Positions 13,248 to 25,770 of a stretch of 64,000 nt of DNA are shown piece after piece (position 1 is the first letter of the stretch; every line of letters starts with the position of its first letter). A program made the position numbers and the translations under genes. The DNA is taken from assembly GCF_006345805.1 (NCBI RefSeq), contig NC_043019.1, forward strand, positions 2,480,001 through 2,544,000, read 5' to 3'. The notes under the pieces were generated by a model. The model made no database searches. It saw nothing but the letters and a program-made list of their open reading frames with translations, and was not told where the DNA came from. Origin of the DNA: Octopus sinensis (taxonomy: Eukaryota).

Positions 13248-13814
13248 AATGTATTTGAAATAATTAAATCTGTTATAATCAAATACTTATTACTATTACC
13301 GCTGTATGCGACGTTTCCCTCAAATTCGAAAACTTTTATTTGATATCAATCAATACCATTTACAGTATATATATATATGCGTATGTATGCTTGTGTGTGT
13401 GTTTATGTGCATATATATCTGGGAGTGTAAGTATGTATGCGTGTTTGTTTTATGTTTGCTTTTATTTACTCATCTCCGTTTATTTTATCATAATTATAAC
13501 TAATAGTTGAGATTTTCTCTAGCTTAAGATTCATACGGTATCAATATTGAAATACTTTAACTAACCTTCGTACTAGTTTTAAACTATTTTACTTAATCTG
13601 AAGTTATTTCAACTAATCTCATGATCCGGTGGATTAATTATAGTTCTAATAGCAGAAAAAAAGCGTTAGAATATTTAATATATGATTTTATAACGATATC
13701 AAAACATACGAGAGTAACTTTTTTTCTCTTAAAAGTACTCCATTTTCATCATCATCCTCCTCATCATCTCATCATCATCATCATCATCATGGCAGTAATC
13801 TAACAGAATCATTA

Positions 13815-14430
13815 GTATACCGAGAAAAATGCTTAGAAGCATTTCATCCGTCCTTACGTTCCGAGTTCAAATTCGGCTGAGGTCAACTTTGCCATTTATC
13901 TTTCATGGTCAATGAAATAAGTAACAGTTGAACACTGGTGTTTAGTGGGTGGGCAAGAAAAGCAACAAAAAAAACCGAAAACATCAAAAAGAAAAAGAGC
14001 AAAAGACATAACATAAAATGCTTAACGGATGCTTAACGTCCTTTCTTCTGGTTTTACGTTCTAAGTGAAAATGCTGCTTAGGTTGATTTGTCTTTCATCC
14101 TTTCGGAATCGATAAAATACGTACCAGTCCAGCACTGTGATCGATGTAATCGACGAACCTCGCCCCTGACCATAATTTCAGGCCTATTACCTGTAATAAA
14201 AAATAATTTTTATAAATATTAAAGTGGCAACCTTGCAGAAACGTTAGCCTATCGGACAAAATGTTCAGCTGCATTTTGCCCGGCTGTTTATGTTCTGATT
14301 TCAAATTCCTGCAGGAGATGACATTGCTTTCCATCATTCAAGATCGATAAAATAAAATACTATTAGCGTACTGGAGTCAATATAATTGACTTGGCCCACC
14401 TCTTAACATTGCTGGCCTTGCGCTAAAATC
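13815..14430 (+). mobile_element. Three degenerate family A SINEs in tandem
   Basis: Repeated AAATGCTTA / GTTC..ATTC / TCGATAAAAT.. GTACCAG motifs. Confidence 0.65.
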
Positions 14431-14444
14431 TGAAAGAACTTATT

Positions 14445-14640
14445 ATTGTTCGCTAGCTCCTACACGCATTTTTTCTCTCCTTGTTTCTCTCCTTGTTTTT
14501 TTCTGTGTATCTTTCTGTCGAAGAGCGTAGGCTCGAATCGTAAAAGATTTTTTCTATTCCTGAGCGCTATACTAATACATTTGTTTGTTTGTACTCCACC
14601 TGCCTTCGTCTTTTGTTTATTTTCGTAAACTTTCCCTTTA
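14445..14640 (+). mobile_element. Penelope-like terminal (pLTR) remnant with a degenerate hammerhead-like motif
   Basis: CTGTCGAAGAG-CGTAGG-CTCGAATCGTA at 14515-14543 has the GAG/CTC mini stem II between altered core motifs; followed by (AT)n. Confidence 0.4.
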
Positions 14641-14840
14641 CATATATATATATATATATATATATATAGATTATAAAATGAGATAGGGGTTGAAAATTCA
14701 AACCACCATGGGATAACATATATCCAATATACTGCTAGATAGGTACCCAACAAGACTAATACATAGATGTTAAAAATTGCCAAACAATCAGTTCATCTAT
14801 TGTATTATATGGGTAAAGGTAATAATATTACCGTAAATTA

Positions 14841-15280
14841 ATACTACAAAATTAGAAAATGGAGAAACATACTTAAATCAATAAAACATCAACTATCAGA
14901 TGATACCCAATCAATACTTTATTACACCATTACATATCAGTAAAGGCATTATACAAAATATACAGTAAAGGTAAATAGACAAAGAGATATAAGTATAAAA
15001 TTTCAAATATAATATGTAATTAAATCCTATCTGACAGCTGTTTCGGCAGCAAGGGCAGTCATACCTCATTTAACCTATAAGCCATAAAGGCAGGTATAAA
15101 TGAGGCATTAACAAGGATGCCCCACGGCCTCTTCAGAGAATTAAATTTGTTATAATTGTGAAAAAATTATTTTTCCATATACATATAAATATAAAAATAT
15201 AAAAATATAAAAATATAAAATCTGATAGTTGATGTTTTATTGATTTAAGTATGTTTCTCCATTTTCTAATTTTGTAGTAT
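14841..15280. repeat. Perfect 61-bp inverted repeat (14841-14901 / 15220-15280)
   Basis: ATACTACAAAATTAGAAAATGGAGAAACATACTTAAATCAATAAAACATCAACTATCAGAT and its exact reverse complement. Confidence 0.95.
15030..15139 (-). ncRNA. Putative type I hammerhead ribozyme (Penelope-type) with extended stem II
   Basis: Minus strand: TCT-CTGAAGA-[85-nt hairpin closed by GGC/GCC, containing TGCCTCATTTA/TAAATGAGGTA]-GAAA-CAGCTG-TC^AGA. It has the canonical CUGANGA and GAAA core, a GUC cleavage triplet, a short palindromic stem III and a 3-bp stem I. Confidence 0.65.
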
Positions 15281-16464
15281 ATATATAATAAAGGCTTTTC
15301 CAATGCGCCAGAGAAAAAATTTGTTTGCTTGTTATCAGTCGTAAGACACTTGTTGTTTTCACCGTTAATGCTTCTGTATTTCATGTTTCTGTATTCCATT
15401 ATTGTTTTTTGTTTTTTTTTATATCTGTCCCTTTGCTGTCCTGGTGTTCGTATGCATTCGATCCTTCTTCAGGAAATCTACGCTCCAGCTTAGTTTTTAA
15501 TGCTCGTTGCTTAGTTTTTCTTGGAGGGCTGGCCGTGATCTAGTAATCTCAAGATTAATCAGCCGAAATTACTACGATGATCCGGTTTTGACTGAAGACT
15601 GAGGGGTTCGAATGTCCTGTCCATGTTTATTGTATCGTCTTCTAAGAGTTATACGTTCTTGTCCATGTTGTATTTTTACATACCTTAATATATATATATA
15701 TATATATATATACTAATATACTAGCACTGATAATTGTGGAACTATCGACCTATTTCCTTTAATTTAGCTCCTCCTAATACTTCACTTTCCAATCAAATTT
15801 TCACACAGCTGGCGTCCGTGTCGTTCTTTTAAGCAAAAATACCACCACTCAGTGTTGATTCACAAAAATCTCAAATATTGTTTTCCTGACGTTCTAAGAT
15901 TTGAGGTCACACTTTGACTATGCTTCGTTCTGGAAGTCTAAGACCAAACTGACTGCCGGAATTATTATCACTCTGCCAAAGGTCAGACGCATTCCTCACT
16001 GCTTTTCGCATTCAATTTCTATTCATTTATATTCCGGGATTGTCGCCTCTGACTATATTGAGAAAAATCTGTCATTCTTTGATTTTTTTTTTCATTAACA
16101 TGGCAGTAATTTTAATTAATATTTCTTGTATGTTAACACCCACTTTACTGTTCTATTTTTCTCTGTACTTTTACCGATACTCGTAATGCCTTCTTAATTA
16201 TCACAATTTCAACGAAAATAACATTTCAATTGGTGTCTAAAGTTTTGAAAGTACTTAATGAAAAATAATTACAAATCAGGTGTTGACAGAAATTAATTAA
16301 TGTTTTAGGCATTTAATGAACTGAATGATTGATAACGTCATGTATATTTTTCTTCCGTAAATTTGTGAATTGAATTTAAATTGAAAATGTTAAACTATAT
16401 TGATTTCATCATTATTAAAAGAATTAAACATAGTTTATTAAATAAACAAGTTATTTAATAATAT

Positions 16465-17000
16465 CGATGGCAGAATCGTTACCTCGCCGGGAAAAATGCT
16501 TAGCAGCATTTCATCCGTCTTTCGGTTCTAAGTTCAAATTCCACCGAGACCGTCTTTACTTTTCATCCTTTTGGGGTTGATAAAATAAGTACCAGTTGAG
16601 CTCTAGGGTCGATGTAATCGACTTAGTTCCTCCCGCGAAATTGTTGCCCATTTGCCAAAATCCGAAAGCAATATCGATGTCTTACTTATCAAAAGACGAG
16701 AAAATGTTTTATTTTGTTTTTGTTTTGATAGCTATCACATATTTTGCTGCAGAATCCAGAAAATGTTTAAAGAAACAGTTATTGGTTTCATCCAGCTGAC
16801 AGGATAGTTAGTGAACCGGACGAAACGCTTAGCGACATTTCTTCCAGCTCTTTATGTTCTGAGCTCAAATTCTGCCGAGGTCCGTTTCACATTTCGTACT
16901 CTCGGTGTCGATAGAATAAGTCCCATCTGAGCAGTGGGGTCAATGTGATCAACTTAACCCTTTCCCTAAAATTGTAGGCTTTGTGCCCAAATTTCAAACC
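16465..17000 (+). mobile_element. Two family A SINE monomers (16465-16670, 16795-17000)
   Basis: Head TGGCAGAATCGTTA, B-box GTTCAAATTCC, body and tail 2 motifs. Confidence 0.75.
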
Positions 17001-17214
17001 ATAAATTTCGTTTTCTTACAATTATCATAACAATGAATAAATACTATATAGAGTATTTATTCATTTACGGAGTAATAAAACTGCCGATTCTATACCCATA
17101 GCCAAAGCTCCTTCTCTATTTTGTGCATCTGCATGGATTGATGGAGTAGTATATATTTAATTAAATATATTATATAATTGTTTTAAATGTATGGAACAAT
17201 ACCGCCAATTAATA

Positions 17215-17345
17215 AAGATGTAGTTAATCACATCAAGCCTAGAACTTGGCTGGCACTTTATTTTATCGATCCGAAAGTTGACCTGGGCAGTATCTGAATG
17301 GCATTTCAGCTGCAAGACATGCTAACGATTCTGCAAGCTCACCTT
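17215..17345 (-). mobile_element. Degenerate family A SINE
   Basis: GGCACTTTATTTTATCGATCCGAAAG..GCTAACGATTCTGCAAGCTCACCTT, the reverse complement of body and head. Confidence 0.6.
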
Positions 17346-17419
17346 ATGTATATATATATACATAATGTACATGTGTCGAAAGTAAAAATATTTGATTACA
17401 CCTGCGTTAAACTCCATTT

Positions 17420-17427
17420 ATTTATTC

Positions 17428-17466
<39 letters not shown>

Positions 17467-17503
17467 TATATATATATATATTTATATATATATATTTCAT
17501 ATA

Positions 17504-17534
<31 letters not shown>

Positions 17535-17545
17535 CATATATGTGT
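17420..17545. repeat. (AT)n microsatellite
   Basis: Direct reading. Confidence 0.9.
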
Positions 17546-17574
17546 GTGTATGTGGGTGGGTGTGTATACTTTTA

Positions 17575-17700
17575 TTCTTTTACTTGTTTCAGTCATTTGA
17601 CTATGGCCATTCTGTCGCACCACATTTAGTCAAACAAATTGACCCCACGACTTATTCTTTATAAGCTTCGTACATATTCTATCGGTTTCTTTGGCCACAC
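17575..17700 (-). mobile_element. 3' part of a family B SINE
   Basis: TTTACTTGTTTCAGTCATTTGACT..GACTTATTCTTT..TATTCTATCGGT, the reverse complement of the family B 3' half. Confidence 0.7.
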
Positions 17701-17750
17701 ATACTCGATGCGTAATCTTAATTCGTAATTGAATACACACACACACACAC

Positions 17751-17802
<52 letters not shown>

Positions 17803-18005
17803 CTGAGATGTACTTGCATAGCGAGTGACTTGATCTAAGATCGTGTGCTGTAACGAAAACAATTGCAGCGTGGAAAGTGTTTATAGGCCATTTAAGAAAC
17901 ACACAAAAACCGTTAGATTTATTTCAACATTTAAATTTAATTTGTCAAAAATATTTTCGTCGCTTTGAGACCACGACCTGTTCCTTGTCAAAACTTCGTG
18001 TTATA

Positions 18006-18039
<34 letters not shown>

Positions 18040-18040
18040 C

Positions 18041-18102
<62 letters not shown>

Positions 18103-18104
<2 letters not shown>

Positions 18105-19117
18105 TGGTGCTACGGACCAGTAGATTGCGTAGGTTACGAGCTTGTTTAAAGGAGGACAAAGGTGGGTTGAGGAAAATGGGGAGGGTAGTGGGACCTTGCA
18201 GGAGAAGACGGAACGCCCGTAGGATCCTCCGACAAAGGGGTAGGGTGGAAAAGGAGGGGTTAGAGGATTGGTGTGGGGAAGAAGAAAGGGCGATGGTGCG
18301 ATCGATTAGACGAGCGCGGGCAAGAGCGGTTTGGACAAGGGTTGGACGATGCATGAACAGGCGGGCGAGGTACTGGGACTGGGTCTCAAAATCCTGGTCC
18401 TGGCTGCACAAGCGCGGAGACGAATGAACTGGAAGAAGGAGATGGCCCGTTTGGTGTGCGAGGGATGGGAGGAGGAGAAGATAAGGTGGAGGTGGAAATC
18501 TGTAGGTTTGAAGAAGGCGGAGATGGTGAGCGAGTGGGAGAGGTCAGTGGTAAGAGATATATCTAGGAAGTTAACAGAGGTGTTACAGATGGTAGAGGTA
18601 AATTGGAGAGAAGGGTGAAAGTTAGAGAAAAGAGATGAAGTGGTAGAGTTGTGCGGGAGAGGGAGGTGGCGCCTATACAGTCGTCTATGTAGCGACCGTA
18701 TAACTCTGCGGTCGGCCTGGAGAATTGGGAGAATACTTGGGCCTCAGTGTGACCACCAAATGGGTTGGCGAAATTGGGGTTCATTCTCGTTCCCATAGCG
18801 ACCCCAGACACTATTAATAGGTCTCCCCAGCGAACGTGAAGCAGTGAAGGGTGAGGACGGGCTCTGTCAGACGGAGAAGTGTGCTGGGTGTGGAGTGAGG
18901 GCGACAGTCGAGGAAGTATTGGAGGGCTAAGAGACCGTCGTTGTGGAGAATCATTGTGTATTGTGATCTGATGTCCAAGGTGAAGAGGAGGTGTGAGGGG
19001 CCGGGAGGGAAGGAAAGGGAATTGAAAAGGCGAAGGGCGTGATTGGTGTCATGTATATGGGATGGGAGGGTAGCAACTAAAGGGGGACAGGATGCGGTCA
19101 AGGTATTTTGAAATGAG

Positions 19118-19119
<2 letters not shown>
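18103..19119 (-). mobile_element. Penelope-like element fragment (RT and linker; frameshifted)
   Basis: Minus-strand pieces HIHDTNHALRLF..LFTLDIRSQYT, GVAMGTRMNPNFAN, LYGRYIDDC and [23 protein letters not shown] are typical PLE RT and linker motifs. No GIY-YIG domain is seen. Flanked on both sides by (AT)n. Confidence 0.85.
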
Positions 19120-19171
<52 letters not shown>

Positions 19172-19242
19172 AATATATATAATATTAGGGAGTATGGCTC
19201 CAAACTTACAGAGAAAAATTAGATTTAGTATTAAATCAAATA

Positions 19243-19710
19243 TAAGGTTGAGGAAAAAGTTCGTGCACCATATTAAAATAATGCTTGTTTATATATGTCA
19301 TGCTCAATGGTGACTCACTGTTGAAAGGTGTCGAAAACGCGCTTTGTTTCAACAAGACAATGCAAAGCCGCGTACCGCCAGAAAGACCAGCAGCAAGATT
19401 GAGGAATTGGACGGTGTGAAAATTCTGCCGCATCCAGTCTTATAGTTCAGACGTTGCTCCATCTGACTACGGCCTCTTCCGATCAAAGTCACCGATTTGA
19501 GTCATTCGATGAAGGTGAAGAAGCCTACCAAGAATGTTTCGATTCAAAGCCAAAGGACTGGTACTTTGACCAAATCCGAAAGGTTGCAGATCGTTGGCAG
19601 AAGGTCGTGGGAAATGATAGTCTTTATTTTGAAAAATAGTTATTTTTGAATAAGTTCTTGCATAAAAAATATTTATTTTAACACGGCGTACGAACTTTTT
19701 CCTCAACCTA

Positions 19711-19711
<1 letters not shown>
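19243..19711 (+). mobile_element. Internally deleted mariner transposon
   Basis: Perfect 20-bp TIR core AGGTTGAGGAAAAAGTTCGT (19245-19264 / 19690-19709), TA on both sides, and C-terminal transposase remnants LFQQDNAKPRTA, ILPHP/YSSDVAPSDYGLF, RWQKVV..DSLYFE. Confidence 0.9.
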
Positions 19712-19796
<85 letters not shown>

Positions 19797-20022
19797 GTAT
19801 GTGTGTGTATGTGTGTTTATTCCCTCCACCATCATTGCCTGACAACCGATGTTGGTGTATTTATGTCCCCGTAACTTAGCAGTTCGGTAAAAGAGGCCGC
19901 TAGAATAACTACTAGGCTTACAAAGAATAAGTCCTGGGGGGTTGATTTGTTCGACTAAAGGCGGTGTTCCAGCATGGCCGCAGTCAAATGACTGAAACAA
20001 GTAAAAGAATAAAAGACTAAAA

Positions 20023-20025
<3 letters not shown>
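19712..20025 (+). mobile_element. Long (AT)n/(GT)n tract followed by the 3' half of a family B SINE
   Basis: GACAACCGATGTTGGTG..CCCCGTAACTTAGC..CCAGCATGGCCGCAGTCAAATGACTGAAACAAGTAAAAGAATAAAAG. Confidence 0.8.
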
Positions 20026-20075
<50 letters not shown>

Positions 20076-20603
20076 CACACACACATACACATACTGGATA
20101 AAATAATGAAACCATAGTCAATGGTAAATATTAAATAGTTAAATGTGTATCTTAAGTCACTTATAATGAATATCAGTGTTTTGAAACAATTGAAATTTCT
20201 TCTTTTCATCACCTTCTCTCATTCCATATCTCTATCTCTAGTTCCCTCCCTCTCTTTCCTCTTCCCAACCTTCTCCATTCATGTCCTCATTTTAGTGACA
20301 TATATTCAGTTTGTCGACCTGTTTCAAAGTGGTAGTTTTTATTAGACATCACTGATGAAGATTTCCTCGTTGTGTGTCATTAACTCCTTTCATCTTTATT
20401 TTTTTTAGTATCTAATACTGACTCTGATCAGTCACCACGCCTTTCACCTTTTTTTTAACAAGAACCCAGGATAATTAGTTTCATGCTATATCCTTCCGTA
20501 ATTCTGTGTCAATGTGCGCTGAAAGATTGCCCTTTTTGCACACATCTCCCAGCTAGCGACAGTGTTCCACACTTGAGTTAACCATGTAGTAGGTTCTTTA
20601 CCA

Positions 20604-20706
20604 CCCTAAGATAAGTCTTTACGTCCCTAAGGTAAGTCCCTAAGATAAGTCTTTACATCCCTAAGATAAGTCCCTAGGATAAGTCTTTACGACTTATCTT
20701 AGGGAC
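20604..20706. repeat. 13-bp minisatellite ending in an inverted copy
   Basis: Five CCCTA(A/G)G(A/G)TAAGT units with alternating CTTTAC(G/A)T spacers, then ACTTATCTTAGGGAC. Confidence 0.85.
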
Positions 20707-21859
20707 TATCGTGTGCATTGCAGCTTTCTAACGATAAATTACCCTCCGTTTTCTTGTAATATGGCCCACCTTATGATGAGCCATGCCTCATGCGGCTCAC
20801 TTCTCGAAAGCAGTTTCCCACGCCTGTCTTAGATCCTGTTCTGCCAACGACATCAAAGCTTATCATCTTGCGTTGCCATGTGAAGCCTTAAGATTTCGCG
20901 AAGACATATCTTGTGACAGACATTTAATTATCTATAGACTGACATGTTGTCCTGGCTTCGTTAAACTATAGGGGAGTGCCAAGGACATAAGCTTGACAAA
21001 TCTTAAACTTGGTAATCAGCCAGGTTTTTATTCTCCAAAACAGACGCTGGGTTTTATTACAGCATCTGTGTAACAACTTCACATATTAAATTTACATTTA
21101 TAAACACGTTGTTGATCACGACTGAAGCCAGATATCAGGAGTTATCTATCATTCAACATGTGGAATATTTTGAGTCAATACTTCAGTTTTCTTTATATAA
21201 ATTTCATAACAACTCTGCATGAAATTGGGAAATTCATAGCTAACGAGAGCTGCTTTACCGTAAATAACATCTTCTGAGGAGGACATGAGTAAGTTTAGTC
21301 GTGGCATGTCGAGCTAAGCTGTACAATGTACCCCCATGTTGAATGTGAATGTTTACGGAGGAGAAGAATGTGCACGTTCAAAAAAGTGAGTAGAAGATAT
21401 CAAGGTGGGTGGAACCTAGCACGCAGCCATGATTGACTCCGCTAAAGATCAGAAAAGACTTAGATGTATCACCGTCGAAACCAACTATGCTTTTCATAGC
21501 ACTGTAAAATAAATTGATTCTTGGAGTACTTTAAAGAGTCTACTGCGACTGACGAGGTTAAAGATCTTTGTTGAATCATCAAAAGTGAAGTAAGTGATTG
21601 AGGTTACTCTCTGCGCTTATTATATAAATGGTCGATAAGTTTGAGTGAAAGCTGAACTGAGCCTCTGGGTATGTGTGATTAGCCTTCACTTGTAAAATAA
21701 CAAAACTATCTTGAACAAACACTTTACCAGCAACGTAGAGAAGACATTCCACGGCAGTAGTTGAAAACACTGCAATCGTCTATATGCTTCAAGAGGATAA
21801 AGTCAAATATTCCATCGTGCAAAGCCAAAGAGACTTCCTAGGATCCACATTGCTCACTA

Positions 21860-22030
21860 CTTCAGCTGGCGCTCTTGTACGTTCTCAGTTAAAATTCCGC
21901 CAAGGTCGACTTTGCTTTCATCCTTTCGGGGTCGATGAATTAAGTACCAGTTGCATACTGGGGTAGATCTAATTGACTAGCCACCTCCCCAAAAATTTCA
22001 GGCCTTGTGCCTAGAGTAGAAAAGATTATT
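21860..22030 (+). mobile_element. Family A SINE (headless monomer, tail 2)
   Basis: AAATTCCGCCAAGGTCGACTTTGCTTTCATCCTTTCGGGGTCGAT..CAGGCCTTGTGCCTAGAGTAGAAAAGATTATT. Confidence 0.8.
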
Positions 22031-22107
22031 ATATCTATTATGTAACTCGAACTAAATTTGTTGAGTTTTACATTCTTTCATTTCTTTTCACCCACATGTA
22101 CGCACAT

Positions 22108-22185
<78 letters not shown>

Positions 22186-22534
22186 TACACAATATTACAC
22201 AATAATTATTTTCATATTCATATATGACCATGCCGTATATACGTATATACAAAAAGTTCATAAACTCTGTTTCTCATTGTAGTTGTTTATTATTTAGATG
22301 GATACAAGAATGAACACTTGTATTAGTTTCTTTTTCCTTATCTCAACTTATTCTGAGGGAAAACAGACGAGAGACACAAAAAACACATTTGTTAAAATAT
22401 CCTGATGTTGCAGGTTCTACAACAATTCTTTTCAACATCTGCATTTTATATATTTATTAATGCAGCCTATATTATTATAATGCCATTACCCATGCTACGC
22501 AAATACGTATACATAACTGTTTCTCTGTGCGCGC

Positions 22535-23240
<706 letters not shown>

Positions 23241-23454
23241 ATACATGTTTATGTACTTTTAATTCCTTATTTTTGTATACACATGCACAGACATACAAAC
23301 TCAAAAATATATACGCGCGTGTGTGTGCATATGTATGTTTTTATATGCAAAATATGACAATATATATACGTATAAACACATACACACTCCCGCTTCATAC
23401 GTTCTTGGACTTTGCTCTCTTGCGTTTTTTTTTTATTAACGTTGTTGTCGTTAA

Positions 23455-23466
23455 TGATGCTGCTGG

Positions 23467-23501
<35 letters not shown>

Positions 23502-23550
23502 ATGATGGTAATAATAACAACAACAGTAATAATAATAATAATATTGATGA
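23455..23550. repeat. (GAT)n/(AAT)n trinucleotide repeats
   Basis: Direct reading. Confidence 0.9.
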
Positions 23551-23999
23551 TAATGCTATTGAAGCAGTTTTCAGACACAGTCATTTATTTACATACCGTT
23601 GGAAACAGGAAGCTGTCCTGGTAACCCGGTTTAGGTTAACAGGAAACAAATGTTACAATCAACATTAGCAAAATACAGGATATAGATAAATTTCCCCCAA
23701 CCCCGGCCAAACTCCTTCATTTTTGAAAGGCGGGCATTGAGGCTCATATTAAATATGGCAGATTTAAAGGAATCAGAAAGAGATCCGTAAATTTAATTCC
23801 GTAATGTAATTTCGATTAATAAAAAAGCTCTCCGTATGCATACAATGTTGAAGTTTCCTTGAAGAATATTCAATATTGAATGTACTCTTGCATCTACTTT
23901 GTTGTCTGTAATATGTGTGTGTATGTGTACATATATGCACATGTGTATCGGGTTGTGTATATATATATTTCTTTTTAATTTTGGAACAAGACCAGGAAT

Positions 24000-24075
24000 T
24001 TTGTAATCGACTTAATTCGTTTGTCTGTCCTTGTTTGTCCCCTCTATGTTTAGCCCCTTGTGGGTAATAACGAAA
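24000..24075 (+). mobile_element. Isolated family A SINE tail 1
   Basis: GTAATCGACTTAATTCGTTTGTCTGTCCTTGTTTGTCCCCTCTATGTTTAGCCCCTTGTGGGTAATAA. Confidence 0.8.
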
Positions 24076-24513
24076 CATATCAGTTAAAGGCCGAATCTGC
24101 GGGCTCGGCCTTTAGCTTATTTTACCAATAGAACGATTTCATCTTCACTTTGCAATCCTAATTTATCTTATGGCCTTGCTGGTTAACAGAATGAACTGTT
24201 GTTATTGTGGTTGTGTAACATTAATCAAGCGTACGGTCAAAGACATTTCAGCTTGACTATCTCGTCCATTTTTCGAAGACATAGAGTATCTTGGATGACA
24301 TTATCCAATGTGCCCACTCTTTTTACATTTATTTTTAGTCCGTAGCGCAGCGGTTTCCTGCTGGCGCACCATAGAGATAAATGCGGGGGTTTAAGATATA
24401 AATAACAGAATTACCAAAAAATGTTGAAGTCCACATTTTAAAAATGGAAGAGGGCGGAAAACGCGAAAGAAACGCACTTAGACCCTAGTAAATTTTCCTC
24501 TGGAGCTTATATA

Positions 24514-24934
24514 GGATCTTTTCGGTTTGAACGGAAGTTTTTAACATAATTTCTAGGTAACTAAAAAAATTTAAACTTTGTATACTGGTAGAATGTGTTT
24601 ATAAGACATCTTTTTCTCTTGGCTTTATTGAGAAAATTTTATAGTTTGTAAGATATTTGTTGTCTTTTTTTCTTCAATTTCTGCAATTTCAACCAATCAA
24701 TGACCGTCTATTGAGGTGAAAACATTCTGTGCCGTATGAATTTGTCCCTCGTTTAAGAAACAGATTGGGTTTATTTACATTTGTGAAGAAAAAAAGATAC
24801 CCTTCCCCTACCCCTAACCAACCCTAACCCTAAAAGAGATTGAAATGCAATATATCGATTCTAGGGTCATCATTATGGGTGACAATTTCATATGACACCG
24901 CTAGAAAAAACTGCCGTTCAAACCGAAAAGATCC
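24514..24934 (+). mobile_element. Non-autonomous DNA transposon (Merlin-like MITE), copy 1
   Basis: TIR GGATCTTTTCGGTTTGAACGG(C/A)AGTTTT at both ends; exact 8-bp TSD CTTATATA. Confidence 0.9.
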
Positions 24935-25362
24935 CTTATATAACCTCTTATGGAATATAAAGCAAGACTGTAACGTACTTTAAGCATTGCGACTATACAT
25001 AGGTTAATCACGCCGACAACGTCTGTTTCCACCATCTGTAATGAACAGTTCGTCTCTGTATCATCTATGTTTATCGAGGTCAAAAAGGTTGATTATTTGC
25101 ACAGTTTCATTACTGAATTCTGGGTGTTTAAATCCGTTAATTAAACTGATTTAATTCTCGCCATGGTTTCTTTAACTGAAACTAGCGAGATAAAAACGTA
25201 ATTCCTTCTGCCAGCATACAAGACTGCTGGGAACCTTGGAAAATTTAAATGCATAACCGTGAAATTCAAGAAAAATATTCTATCCATATTTACTACTGAA
25301 TATTGTAAAAGTTTGCCTTTTTTGGCAGTTGTTATTTTAAACCCCGGTTTAGAACTGGTCGA

Positions 25363-25770
25363 GGATCTTTTCGGTTTGAACGGCAGTTTTTTTCTAGCGG
25401 TGTCATATGAAATTGTCACCCATAATTATGACCCTAGTATCGATCTATTGCATTTCAATCTATTTTAGGGTTAGGGTTGGTTAGGGGTAGGGTATCTTTT
25501 TTTCTTCACAAATGTAAATAAAACCAATCTGTTTCTTAAACGAGGGACATATTCATACAGCACAATGTTTTCACTCAATGGACGTCAGTGATTGGTTGAA
25601 ATTGCAGAAATTGAAGAAAAAACAACAAATATCTTATAAACTATAGAATTTTCTCAATAAAGCAAAGAGAAAAAGGTGTTTTATAAACACATTCTACCAT
25701 TATACGAAGTTTAAAATTTTTAGTTACCTAGAAATTATGTTAAAAACTGCCGTTCAAACCGAAAAGATCC
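25363..25770 (-). mobile_element. Merlin-like MITE, copy 2 (inverted relative to copy 1)
   Basis: Same TIRs; flanks CTGGTCGA / CTGGTCAA (7/8 TSD); interior is the reverse complement of copy 1. Confidence 0.9.

Noticed and set aside
21330-21420. Possible mariner N-terminal remnant (NVYGGEEC..)
   Set aside because: Only a few matching residues and no TIR or other motif; too weak to list.
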